Below, one piece after another: positions 30,067-44,345 of a stretch of DNA of 64,000 nt (position 1 is the first letter of the stretch; each line of letters opens with the position of its first letter). Origin of the DNA: the human T2T-CHM13v2.0 reference genome, Homo sapiens. A program made the position numbers and the translations under genes. A model generated the notes under the pieces. That model saw nothing but the letters and a program-made list of their open reading frames with translations. It had not been told where the DNA came from and searched no databases. The DNA is taken from the NCBI RefSeq assembly GCF_009914755.1, contig NC_060931.1; one strand, written 5' to 3'.

Positions 30067-30590
30067 TGTAGTATTAGGTTGGTGCAAAAGTACTTGTGGT
30101 TTTTGCAATTACTTTTAATGGCAAAACCACAACTATCTTTGCACCAACCTAATAGATCACAAACATGGCCACAAATTTCTACACCCTCTATATCCAAACC
30201 CTTGCAATGTGACTTGGTAGCTCCTCCTACCAAGAAGCAGAATCTTTATTCATTGCATCTGAGCTAAGCCATAGGACTTGCTTTGGTCAAAAGGACGGTA
30301 GCAAAAATGGCACCAAACAACCTGTTCACTCTTGCTGCTCTTGGAAACTTGAGCCACCACGTGAAGGCTGGGTTAGCCTTTTAGGTGACAGGACACATGG
30401 TTCAGTCACCTCGGCCACCCCAGCAAACAGTTAGCTATTGCTCACGTTTGCCCAAGTGAGCCCAGCTCAGGCCTGCAGAAAAACCATCCAATTGAACCCA
30501 CTCCACACTGCTGAGTCTAAGAATTGTGAGCTAAATAAAGTTGTTTTAGGCCACCCAATTGGGAGTGGTTTGTCATATAGCAGATTTAAA
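30067..30590 (+). mobile_element. MLT1F/G/H-type LTR with MADE1 inserted near its 5' end
   Basis: TGTAG[TA-MADE1-TA]GATCACAAACATGGCCACAAAT...CCCTTGCAATGTGACTTGG...GAATTGTGAGCTAAATAAAGTTGTTTTAGGCCAC. Confidence 0.85.
30074..30152 (-). mobile_element. MADE1 MITE with TA TSD
   Basis: TA-TTAGGTTGGTGCAAAAG...TTTGCACCAACCTAA-TA; spacer in the opposite orientation to the 28811 copy. Confidence 0.96.
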
Positions 30591-30639
30591 TGTTAGAGCT
30601 GTTTACTGGTTTGAAATCTCTTGCATAGGGAGTTAAACT

Positions 30640-30855
30640 TGAAGAGGGAAAACCTGAACTTGTTAGGTAGATACAATATGTCAGACACAGTTCAGGAGAT
30701 TGTCATTTATTATTTCAATCAAACCCACAAAGTAGGTGTTAACCATTTCCATTTAGAAATAGAAAAACTGAGACCAAGGGAAATTATGAAGTTGCCTAAG
30801 CTTGTAAGTGGTAGAGCCAGGATTCTTAACCAGGTGTGTTTTGTTCTGCTGAATT
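30640..30855 (-). mobile_element. MIR SINE
   Basis: CCATTTAGAAATAGAAAAACTGAGACC...GTAAGTGGTAGAGCCAGGATTC. Confidence 0.8.
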
Positions 30856-31290
30856 TGTCTTTGCCCAAAAGCAGACTTTGAGTGACGGATTCAGGTACCA
30901 GTAGTTTACTTGGAATGTGAAAGGAAAGTGGGAAAATGAATCAGGAGGAAAGGCAGAAAATGAAGATAACTTACCTAGCAAGTTACTAATGTGGACAACT
31001 GGCCCTTAACCCTTCTATGCGGAGCTGTATCACCTAAGGGTAAGAGGGCTAGCTAGCATATTTGTACACCAACTCCTGCTAGTCATTGGTTGAATGTAGC
31101 TGGAGGGCGGTGGTGTGTACATGTGGGGAATTCATTATCTAGCACCACATGGACTCTGGGCTCTGGGTTTTGGCAGTCATATACATCACCCACGCAATGA
31201 GATTCAGACGCTGGCAGTTGGACTTGATGTGTGCTGATGTAGTCCACTCAAAGGAGTACGAACTGGTCACTGTAAGGATCTCTGTAGCAG
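30856..31290 (-). mobile_element. LTR16-type ERVL LTR
   Basis: CCCAAAAGCAGACTTTGAG...GGATTCAGGTACCAGTAGTTTACTTGG...CACCAACTCCTGCTAGTCATTGGTTGA. Confidence 0.7.
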
Positions 31291-31882
31291 CCTTCCAACA
31301 TCAGGCTCTTTTTGTTTTGGTTGGTTGTTACCATTTCTTCATTGCCATAAAATTATTCTGCTGCAAGAACAGGGACACAGAGAGAGAGGAACATGGAGAG
31401 AGAGGAGGACACAGACGGAGTGGGGACCCACACAGACAGAGAGGAAAAACAGAGAGACAGAAAAAATAAAGATATGATTGCCACCTAAAATATCTGGTGG
31501 TTTAAGGCCAGCAAATTGTTTTGTGGCAGAAGTTGGCATCTTTGGGCTCTGAGTGAGTTGGCTGAAAGTAGTCAGCCACATACCATTAGTAGCAAGGGAG
31601 AGCAGACAACCAGCAAGAGAAGAGCATATACTTCCTGCTTTCCACTATTTATCTTTCAGTCAGGCAACACTTTAAATATACTGGATACAATTAGCTTGTT
31701 TATGTATTTATCTCTCCATCATTTCATTTAGGCAACAAACATATAAAGAGAAGGCCTACCATGAGCACTGAGGAAGGCTTACCACTGGGCACTGAAATTC
31801 TCTACTGAACCCAACACACATGGTATCTGTTCTTAGGAATGAGCCAGATGCAATGCCATTTTCATATTTAAGTGAGATACTT

Positions 31883-32259
31883 ATATTAGTCATCTCTGGC
31901 TGCCATAACAAAACATCACAGACTGAGTGGCTTAAATAACAGAAATTAAATTTTTCATAGTTCTGGAGGTTAAAATTCCAAGATCAACGTTTCGGCACGT
32001 TTAGCTTTTCTCCTTGGCTTGCAGATGGCCGCCTTCTCACTGCGTCTTCACATGGCCTTTCCTCTGCCCCGTGTGTTCCTGGTGTCTCTCTTCTTACAAG
32101 GACACAAGTCATACTGAATTAGAGCCTCACACCTACCAGCCTCATTTTAATTTAATCACTTCTTTGAAGGCCTTGTCTCCAAATTCAGTTACCTTCTGAG
32201 AGACTAGGGGTTGGAACGTCAATGTGTGAATTTGGGGAGGACACAATTTAGTCCATAAT
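31883..32259 (-). mobile_element. MLT1A-type LTR
   Basis: TATTAGTCATCTCTGGCTGCCATAACAAAA...GGCTTGCAGATGGCCGCCTTCTC...GGACACAATTTAGTCCATAA. Confidence 0.88.
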
Positions 32260-34464
32260 GCTTGTATATAATTCTACTTTATTAGGAAAACTCCAATACA
32301 TCAGTTAAAATACTTGCTGCTTCATTTACTCACTTAGGTGATAGAACCTCTGGATCTGAATACTGTGTTCTTCTTTTTGTTCCATCCTTCCTAGCAATAA
32401 AAAGTATTAATGATAGGTGTTGGATTAATATGTTATCATTTCTGGGGAACTTTCAGGGAATTTTAAGAGAAATTCAGCTTCAGCTGAAAGGAATGAATAA
32501 AAATTTCAGCTTCTGTGACAGTTGGGAAAGAAAAATATTTTGCCATGGGAATAATTTAAAGTTCTCCAGAGGACATTATCTATGAAGACATCACTCCACA
32601 GGTCAGAACCAATGACTCACCTTGGTTCTCTAGACCTCTGGAAAACTGAACGAAGGGACTTATATTACAACCCAAGTAATTGAGTTGTGTACCGGAGGCA
32701 TTTTCTGACTAAGGTTTATTGGTTACTGATTGGTATGTGTTAACCAATAATATTACTGCTGAGGTTCTTGTTGCTAACCTTGAACTTTAGAGCTTCTGTG
32801 AAAGTCTTTATTCATTAAGCTTTGTTGTCAATAGTCTGTGGTCAAGTTCTTGGGTAAGAGTTGTCCAGGCTTATTAAGGAAGGAGGGTGGGGGTCTTGTT
32901 CCTGGAGTTCCCAGGCATATTATTGTTTGTATCAATTTTCTTACATAAGGAATAGTACTGGGAAGGTGGGGGATGATCACCAAGTGTCAACTTGAGCTGT
33001 TAAACACATTTCTTCTTTTTTGTAAAATTAAAATCTCAAACTAAAGTTGACTTATTTTTAAGTAATGATCAAATATAAAATAAAACAATATTTAATAAAA
33101 ATCTTGCCATGGGAAGAAGGACTTTTGACATTAAATTCTACCTTCTTTATCAGTAAAAACTCTAGGATATGCTTTTAGGGTATGGTATGTACAGTCTTGA
33201 TTAAATATTTTCTTGATATGCCTATTATAAATGTTTGAAATTTATTACACTTGAAATTTACCTTCAGGCTAAGGCAATAAGGAATAAAAATAAGAGGGGT
33301 CACATGCTAACCAATATCCATCAGCTCTTAGCCCAACTTCATTCTTTAGATTTGCTTTAGAGTAAGGTGCTGAAGGAATAAGAGATGAGACAAGCAAGTT
33401 TTGATGAAAGAGGGGAGTTGGAAGTGTGGGGTATTATATAGAAAGACAGACTTAAGAGGGTCATCAGAGTGGATTTAGCTGGCATTGAATGCCTGAGTCC
33501 AGGCTACTAAAGGGAAAAGGATTATCAATGAAAGAGAAATTATACATTAATGTTTAGTCACATCACAATTTTGTGTGTGGCTCAGCAATTCTAAGACTTC
33601 TTTCCCAGGTAAAGGTGAAGGTCAAAGTAGAAGTGTTCTTCACTCATCCTGAGCCTCACCTCAGTCATCTCTCTTAAGACCTTGTCCTCCAGGAATTTAC
33701 CCTAATGAATGAGTGGTGGGACGATAGCTTCCATTCTCTCTGTGTATCTGAACTTGTTTTTCTCGCACCTCTACTCAAGGGTAAGAGATATGTCTTTGTC
33801 TGCTAGCAGCTTTTCAATAGAATCAACATCAGAACATATTAATCAGTAATAAATATGTGTCTCAAAGCAGGAATTGGTGGAGAGAGCATCCAACAAAATG
33901 AATTCTCCACGTAGCAGGCAGTTGGCTTCATAGCGATTTGCGAAATGCCATTGAAATGACCCTGCTCCCAAATTCTCTCCTCCCTCCCACATAGTCTCAA
34001 ATCCCAATCATTAGAGATTAGTTCCCTGAGATTAAAAGACATGAGGTCTCTGGGAGTTCCCTTTGAAAATTAAATCCCTGGGGTGGGAGGTGAGGCAGGT
34101 TGGGGAGGAGGTATATTAGTATAAATGAATGTATTAGCGACCAGCAACTCATTTCTGTAACAGGATGAAGGCAGTAGTGGATGCAAAATGCATGCTGATG
34201 AGCAAAGAAGGGTCAAGTCCAAAGACTGTCGTGCCCTGAGAGAGGAAAAGCAGAGTGTTCTACAGTGGGGGAGGGGGTTGAGTTAGCTAGAGCTTGTATG
34301 AACACCCAGGAGGAAATCACTTGACCTGGTTTTTGACAAGCCTGGAAAAAAGAAATGAGAGGAAATGAAGAACAATTTCACTTAGTTTACGATTTGGCAC
34401 AGGGTTGTTCCTGTTTATGATAATTTAAATAGAATAAAATCTGTCATCTATTAACAGCTACTAG

Positions 34465-34806
<342 letters not shown>

Positions 34807-35160
34807 AGATGTGTTCATAATTTTAATAAAACATGTTGTGCGCTATTCTTAACAACTTAACTTTACCTAACAACTTTACCTACGTTAACTAATTTGATTT
34901 TCAAACGTCCTTTTGTGGCTGCTACCATTAACTTCCCATTTTACAGAGGAAGAGACTGAGACACAGAGAGATGAAGTAATCCAAGATCACGTAATTGGGA
35001 AATGGCAGAGCGTGGATTTGGACCCAGGTTGTCTAGTTCCATGGTCATGCTCTTGACCACTGCACTATTCTATTGTTCATGAATGTTATTTCTTTTAGGA
35101 ATGATATATGCTACTTGTTATGCCTGTACCTTCATTTAAAAGCTGTTTGTGGTGCTAGGA

Positions 35161-35273
35161 TAGGGAAACCATTGTCCCAGTTTGCCTGCAACTGAGGGGT
35201 TGCCTGGAATGCAAGACTTTTAGTGCCCTAGTTGGGACAGTCCCAGGCAAACTAGTATTGTTTGGTGACCTTA
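35161..35273 (+). mobile_element. MER81-like hAT-Blackjack MITE with perfect 8-bp TSD
   Basis: TAGGGAAACC...TGGTGACCTTA; TSD TGCTAGGA at 35153-35160 and 35274-35281. Confidence 0.9.
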
Positions 35274-36994
35274 TGCTAGGAGTATGATTGTGATGAGAAT
35301 AACAACAAGGCCACCCTGAGAGAATTTATAGTCTGGTGCCAAATAAAATTATAAATTTAAACATGAATCTGAAATAAAAGACGTGGTCTATGAGGGCAGG
35401 TAACAGAGGGGCCATGGGTCAGGTGGGGAATGCCTCCTATTGTAACAGAAGCAGAAGGATTCATCGTGTTTATTATGTCTATCTCCTGATCCAAGAGGTG
35501 ACAGGACAGGTATGAGTTAATTTTTCCCTTTGGAGTGATTTATATTCTTACCACATCTTAAAACCAGAGAAGAGTAACCAATAATCAAAACTTATACCAC
35601 TAATGCCTCATTTATCTCAAAGATGCATTTATATTACTGTTTAAGCCGATGTGTTGCACTTTTAAATAATTATGCACAGTGCATGTGTATTTTTTAATCC
35701 TGCTTTGGTTTTTATAATTTACAGCTGCAGAGAACTCCAGGAGCTGTTTTTAAAGAAGATTAAGGTACTGCATCAAGAAGCCTCCATTTCTAATCAGCAA
35801 AATCCATTGCAGCCATAGAATTAAAATTAAATATCATTACATGTTTCCCAAGAAGTTTAGGAGAATCTACAGGTTAAAAAAAAAACAGAAAGATTAAATG
35901 CAGCAGGAATGTGGTATGTGAGTAAGAATTCCAAGGGAGAATCTCTTGTGGATTTCTCTGATTGGAAACAGACCTGGGGACCTCTAAGGGAAGGATGGAA
36001 GCTCTGTCAAAAGGCAGCCCTCTTTCAGCTCCTATTCATTTTCAAGACAGCATTGGTTAATCATGTGTAACTGAGAGAAAATGGAACTGGTAGGCACTTT
36101 AATTGCAGGTCAAGTGAGGTGAACAATAAACAAAAAAATCAACTTGGGCTCATATTTTAGATTAGTGGCTAGATTAGAAGGAAAAGTCTTAGCTTCAAGG
36201 AATTAATAGAGAAACAAGAGGTCTTTTCAGCTGGTTTGGAGAAGATCTTTTAACACAAACCAAAGAAGCAGCTCTGTGTTAAAGATCTAGCCCATCCTTT
36301 CAACAGGAGAGGGTTCTGGTGCAGGAGTAGTGAAGGGTAGTAGGTAGGAGGCCAGATCTGGCCTGTCTTGGTGTGAGCCTCTGTGTTGACACTACCCAGC
36401 CAGGTAACAACTGTCCTTAATGCCAGGTGTTGCTGGATGATTAAATGGTAGATGGAAAATGCCATATAAGGGATACAAAGGGCCTGCCCAGCAAGTCTGT
36501 GGGGAGACTGACCAGTTATCAAGGTGGGACTTTACAAGACACACAGTCTGCAGAACAAGGAAGACACGCAAGTGGCCCTGGTGAAGTCGGGTGTGGGGAG
36601 CCATAATGAAGACTTACTAATGGGGCATGTCCACAGTGATAAGAGCAGTAGCTTATGATTCTATGGTTTTGTTTCATCCATATCTTTAATGAGTGGCTTT
36701 AGGGGTACTGGAAAGTGCTTGTTGAAGGCAGCCTCATAGAAAATAGATAGTCTAGGCAATTCAACGAATCGGTAAGGCAATTTTGATGAATCAATAGGAG
36801 TGAATTTGGCAACTTTTTATGCATGGTTTTGCATTTTCTGTTTTTCCACATTTTACAGCTTTACTCAATTTCTTTCTTGTCTGACCTGTTATAATGGAAT
36901 ATTTTAAACTGTTTGTTATATTTATATGATGGAACACAGTGGGGATCATTAAAAGGGATGTTTTGTGATACATATTACACAAACCAATAGATCC

Positions 36995-37450
36995 ATCCAT
37001 TCATTCATTCATTCATTCATCTACAATCATTTGTTGAGGGTCTACTATGTGCTCGACACTATTGAGACATGAGACACAGCAGCGAACAAGGCCTCAATAA
37101 ACAAGAAGGAAAGAGGACAATATGATAGAGTTTTAAGTAGGGGGTTGAGGGAAGCATTATTTTAGATTGGGTGATCAGGAAAGGTATCTCTGAGAAAGTG
37201 ATGTTTGAGCAAAGGCCTACAGGATGAGAAGGACCCAGGCATGCAAAGAGCTGGGGGGATGTATTTCTTTGCGGAAGTAGCAAATAAGTGCCAAGGTCCG
37301 AGGGAGGAAAACTGGCAAGACAGATGAACAGAAAGCAGTCAGGTGTGGCTGGAGTATTAATGTTCAAAGGGCAGAGGGATATGAGATTTTGTTGGAGAGG
37401 TAGGCAGGGCATGTAGGAGTTTGTAAGCCATGGTGAGGAGCTTGATATCT
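36995..37450 (-). mobile_element. L2a 3' end
   Basis: (CATT)n tail, CATTTGTTGAGGGTCTACTATGTGC, GGTGATCAGGAAAGGTATCTCTGAGAAAGTGATGTTTGAGC. Confidence 0.88.
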
Positions 37451-38243
37451 ATGCTACCTTATTTAAGAAAAAAAGAAGATAAAAATGGCATGCCTGGAAT
37501 GAGTCTATATAGAAAGAATGTATTTGTGCATTTAGAATCTATGGAAGGGGGATACCACCAAAGAATTAACATGAGATTACTCTGGGGCAGTTTTACTATA
37601 AATGTTCTTTTTGTTTTTCTGTGCTTTCTGATTTGTTTCTTAATTAATCGATTATTTTTCTTATATGGAAAAAAAACCCTAACAATAGAAACAAAACACG
37701 TATGGGCTTAAAAAAATTAAAACATTTTAAAAGTACCATTCATTTTTAGACAATTATGGTTGTTCTTTGTTTGACATAATTTAATGACCTCTTAAATTAA
37801 AAAAAGTTCATACATAAAGATACTTGTGCAAATTTTCGTAAGCTAAAAACTTGAGCAAAGGCATGAAATATTGAATATTTGGATTATTTCCAATTTTAAT
37901 TTTGCTCTCACAAACATAACAGAGAAGGCTAACAGGCTAAAATGAATTAAAATAAAAATGCATGTCAGAAAAATATTCATTTTGGATGACTGTGCCCTTG
38001 TGATGAAGCTGCTTTATCATGTCATCTATTATGAGAAACTGAATTGAGCCACTTAAGAGAGAGACTGGGAAAGTTGAGCAGGAGTTCTTAGGACTTAGGA
38101 CTTAGTTAAGCAGTCGAGGATACAATCTGGGTTCCCAGCCTAGCAATGACCTGGTTGGTATGTTTGGAAGGGAACCTGAGGAAGGAGTAGGTGAGAAGAA
38201 TTCTGTGACCACAAGGCTATAGGGGATTCATAACATTTTAGTT

Positions 38244-38430
38244 CAGTGGTTCTGAAACTTTTTTGTCTTTGTATCCTTTACCCTTTTAAAGATTATTGAA
38301 GGACCCAAGATCTTTTATTTATGTGGTTTATGTCTATTGGTATTTATTGAATTAGCAATTTAAATGAGAAATTTTAAAGGTATTCATTTGTCAATTCCTT
38401 TAAAAATAACAATAACAATCTCATTACGTT
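38244..38430 (+). mobile_element. hAT-Charlie fragment
   Basis: CAGTGGTTCTGAAACTTTTT...AAAGATTATTGAAGGACCCAAG...TTTATGTGGTTTATGTCTATTG. Confidence 0.7.
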
Positions 38431-41400
38431 CACCCCAACCAGGAAAAAGTTAAAAGCATGTTGATAACATGCTTTGAAATCTTAAACCAAAATATCACAT
38501 GAGCGTGGTTTCTAAAATAAATCCTTAAAAAATACATTTCTAACTAAGTTATGGAAATATTTCATAAGAATCTTGCTTCCTTTGGATAATCGGCATGAGT
38601 ATGATTGTTCTATTTGAATTCAGTATTAACAACATTTATTTTTTTTAAAATTGGACATATCAGTAATAAAATGCCAAGAATGTCTTTGATGAACTTTCTT
38701 GGAGAATGCCACCTGTCTTTTGCTTGAGTGCTACCTGTGGTTGAGGCTGGTCTCTTGCTGAATTCCTGAGAAAATTGCCATGCGTAATGAAGGAAAGCCT
38801 CCAACTCAAGAAGTGGGGAAGATGGGCGTTGCGATTTTTAAAACCCTTCACCAACTGTCTCCTGGCTGCTGGGGGACACAGATGACACTCATCCTGTTTG
38901 TCTACTAGATTGCCTAGTCACTGTGAATAAGATCAAATAGAATTAGACAGGCATTTGTTTGAGAGAGTTATTTATACTCAAATCTCAAGGTTGCATTTCA
39001 TGACTTTTAAGGGCTTCAGATGAGAAAGAGAATAAAAGAAGGTGTCCTTTTGGGATTGCTAGTAAGAAGGTCTGTTGCCTGTAGCATAGTATCTTCGAAA
39101 ATCTTCTGTTTTACATGGCACATCTTATATAGTATTTAAGTCGTATACACTACATCTTCTGTTTGAGTTTCTCATCGACTTTTTCTGTCTACCCCACCTC
39201 CAGCACCATGCCATTCTCATGCCCCCCAACTCCCATCTTGTTGTCTTTCTTTTCCTTGAAGTGAGAGCCTATGTATAGCTAGAAGAAGAAAAGATGGAAT
39301 TGCCTCAATTCTTCTTGCTTTCCCTACTTCCCTCAAGCTTTTCACTTCTCATCCTGTTTGCCATCTATGCATTTTCTTTCATGCTGAGCCACCTGTCACT
39401 GTTTGCCCACTACTTACAGTTTTTGTTCCCATATTGGTTAGGGAGTTTTGATGCTTAATATAGGATCAGAGAGTCATCATTTTTTAGGACTAGAAGGGAC
39501 CTAGGGGATCGTCTACTCTAACCTTTCTCATTTTTACAAGCAAGGAAATGGAGGACCAGATTGTTGGAGTGATTTTTACAGGTTCACTGAATAAATGGCG
39601 TAACAAGATGCACTCAATGCAGGAGTGAGGCATTGATGTCTGTTGTGTGATTTCTGTGTTTCGGGTGATGTCTAGTTGCTAGCTCATTTCATTGCAGCAA
39701 CCAGCCTGACTTTTGTAAATTATGAAATTGAGGCTCAAAATGATTCAGATATATTCCTAACTCCAAGGTGCAGGACACTGGGCAGCCTGACTGCAAATCC
39801 CACATTTCATCTCCTGTCTCCTGGCTCTCCTGCCTCCTCCAGCCACACAAGACCAAATGGTCAAATGTCCCATTAGTTTATGGACATACATCAGTAAGAG
39901 ATGTGGTTAAAATGCTATTTAAAAAGTTCCAGAATCCTGTTCCTTTAAGGCTTAGAAAACCTATCTAGAAAAAGGAAAACTTACTTGAAACCTCATGCAT
40001 GACTTGAAAGTTCATTAAAAACATCTCCACTTAGCTGGGTTCATGCTATAGGAGAAAAATGTTAAGTATAAAATGTATGCATCAGCATTTTAATCAAGTC
40101 AGAAGCTCCTCCTTGCCTGCTCAACATGGGAGTTAAAAATCTGCATTTCAATTGTGGTTCTAAAATATAGATCCCAAGGACCCAAGGGGCCCTTTCCCAG
40201 AGGAACTGTGTACAGAGAGTATGAACTTTTTGCTTGTCTTTGATTCTGCCAGCTCTCAGAAAGTTCAGGAATGAGCCTGGAGGAGGAATGAGCTGGAAAT
40301 AACAAGAAAATGCTTAGGGATTTGGTATAGAACTTCATTTAATGATAAGATTTTCCCAGTCATTCATAAGGGCTGAATCTACATGATCTGACATGAATTA
40401 TGGTGTGGGATCTGCTAATAGGCAATTTATTCGACAGCTGTTGGAAGGGTTATTACTTTCTGTCAACAGTCACACATATTTGTTTTGTGGTGATGCTGGG
40501 CAGCTGCTGGAGGAGCAGAGTCCCTTAAGTGTCGTGCCTATGTGCTTCTCCGACAGAGTCAGGCTTCACAAAGGCAGCCACGCAGAAGCAGAGGCTTGTA
40601 GGATTAAAATCCACAAGTGAGAGACACCTCCGCTTAGGAAGAGATTTGATTGAAAAAAAAAAAAAACCCAAAAAACTAAAAACCAATTGCAGATATGTGA
40701 GTGAGAGAGAGAGAGAAAATTATACTTGTCATGTCATCATTTTTTTTTCTAAAGCCTCTGCCTCAATGCAGGCTTTGCCACTGCCACTTGCATACAACCT
40801 ACACATTGCTATCAGATTAGTTTCTTAAAGCCAGTTCTGAAGGCATGTAATTAGCGTGTAATTAGCCTGCACAGATACATTCGTTGGCTTCACATTGAGT
40901 CAAAAAGCAGCTTCTCTCCTTGGCATTCAGGGCCTCTGCATTATAAACCCCACCTACCCTTCTATCCTGATCTCTTTCTCCTCTAGGTAACCGATACTTG
41001 TCCAAACCAGGCCACTCTTTTTGGAGTGTACCTCGCACTCCTTGACTTCTGTCCCTGCTCGTACAGATTCCTTTCTTTTTTCTTCCTCTCTTCCTTCTTC
41101 TTTTCCATCAGTAAACTGGTCCAGCACTTCCAGCACCTTGAACGGTGCCTTGCAAAAAACCAATCTGTAAGGAACGTCAATTAAATGGAACTTCTTGGGA
41201 CTCAGCTTCTTCATTTAAGTGGTTACTGGGATCAAAAGATAGATGCAGAAATGCCTTTTAACTTTAATAAAGGCATGAATTTTTAGGGGGGTGTTTTTAA
41301 TGGTGAGTAAGAAAACAATGAGAAGGATGAGGTTGAATGTTGGGTTTTGGCAAGGGCTGAATTGGCAAAATGTTCAACTGGAAGTGCAGTGAGGAGGAGG

Positions 41401-42219
41401 CAATGTGTCCCTGCTCTGCAGTCATTGCTAATGTTCAAAAGGGACTTTCAAAGAAAGTCACTGGCAAATGTTGACATTACTTCTGGGACCACAGGAAGGA
41501 GGGGGCTAGATGATTAATCAGCTGGGAACTGCTAATCTCCTTATGTGTTCCTTGCTGTCACTACGTGGCTCATGTTCTTTATCACTACCACCCTTTCCCA
41601 AACTGACTTGTCCACCACTGTCTGTCTCTGTCTGTCTGTATCTGTCTCTCTCTCTCTCTCTCTCTCTAACATACTTCATTGAGCTCCGGCTACAGAAATA
41701 TTCTCTTCGGCACTTATTCAGAAGGCTACCGATTTTGCTTTACAGATAAAAATAAGGACTTTATCTGGATGCACAATTGTCTCTTTTAATCCAGGGTTCA
41801 TACCTGCTTAGAGATGGGCAGCTTTTTGCCTTGATGGCCAAGTTCAGCATCACACCCTCCCTTGTCCTTGACATCATCTCCTGCTGAAATTATTATGTCC
41901 TTTGAAGCTGACCTGGTTACTACATCTTGATTAATTCCATACTGCAGCCTTGCCTAGCTGTAATTGTGGCATACCAAAGCAAAAATCTTAATGATTTATA
42001 CCAGAATCAGATACTGGAAAATTGCTTTTGATGATGCTATTGAGGATGATTTCTCAGGAGCTATGTTTGTGGTAAACATTACTTAAATGTAGCAGAGCTG
42101 TGTCATCTGGGTTTAGGAAAGTCAAGAAAGTGATGAGTGGAAAAGTTGAACAACTTAAGGGAAGAAGGTTATATTTTTTGTTTTTTGTTGAGTGTGTTTT
42201 GCTTACATATTTTTCTAAA

Positions 42220-43505
<1,286 letters not shown>

Positions 43506-44054
43506 TCATCTTGGGATTTCTATAACACTTATTTTCTCTACCATTCATATACTTATCACGCCGTACCTTCATAACAATCATCTGTATATACTTGCATATA
43601 TGTTTTATCCTTCTGTTAGACTGTGAACGTCAGAGAGCTGAGGACCTGTTTTAGGCATGATTGCATCCCCAAATATGGCTTTGCTTTGGCCATATTCATT
43701 AATTCAACAAGAATTTATTGAATGGCTACCCTGTGCCAGGATACTGTGATGGGCAAGAGTCACATGTCTTCAGGGGAGACAGACTAACATACAATGTGTG
43801 GAAAGTGGTTTTTCTAAATAAATAAATAAATTGTACCCCCTTCACTTATTTTACAGTTCTAAGTTGAAAAAAAGTAAGGATACTTAATCTTATTTCTTAG
43901 AACAGATAAACACAGTTTTAGAAAACCACAGCAGTGAGTTATGAATAACTTGAAGTAATATGATACCCAGCTTTATAAGACTAGCATCTGTAATTAGTAA
44001 AAAATACAAGCGTTCAGTAAAGTTGGAGATTTTGGGGCTGCAGCTGCTCTAGAA

Positions 44055-44345
44055 CAGAAGTCCTCAACCTTTTTGGCACGAGGGACTAGTTTCATGGAAG
44101 ACAATTTTTCCACGCACGGGGTCAGGGGGATTGTTTCAGAGCCATGAGATTCTCATAAGGAGCGCGCAACCTAGATCCCTCGCATGCACATTCTCGCTCC
44201 TATGAGAATCGAATGCCACCGCTAATCTGACGGGAGGGAGCCCCGGCGGTAATGTTTGACTGCTGCTCACCTTCTGCTGGGAGGCCCGGTTCCTAACAGG
44301 CCACGAACTGGTAGTGGTCCATGGCTTGGGGGTTAGGGACCCCTG
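44055..44345 (+). mobile_element. MER1B (hAT-Charlie) with perfect 8-bp TSD
   Basis: CAGAAGTCCTCAACCTTTTTGGCAC...GGGGGTTAGGGACCCCTG; TSD CTCTAGAA at 44047-44054 and 44346-44353. Confidence 0.93.

Noticed and set aside
29791-30267. 158-aa ORF
   Set aside because: Non-ATG start; runs through an LTR16-derived copy, MADE1 and MLT1; no protein-like features.
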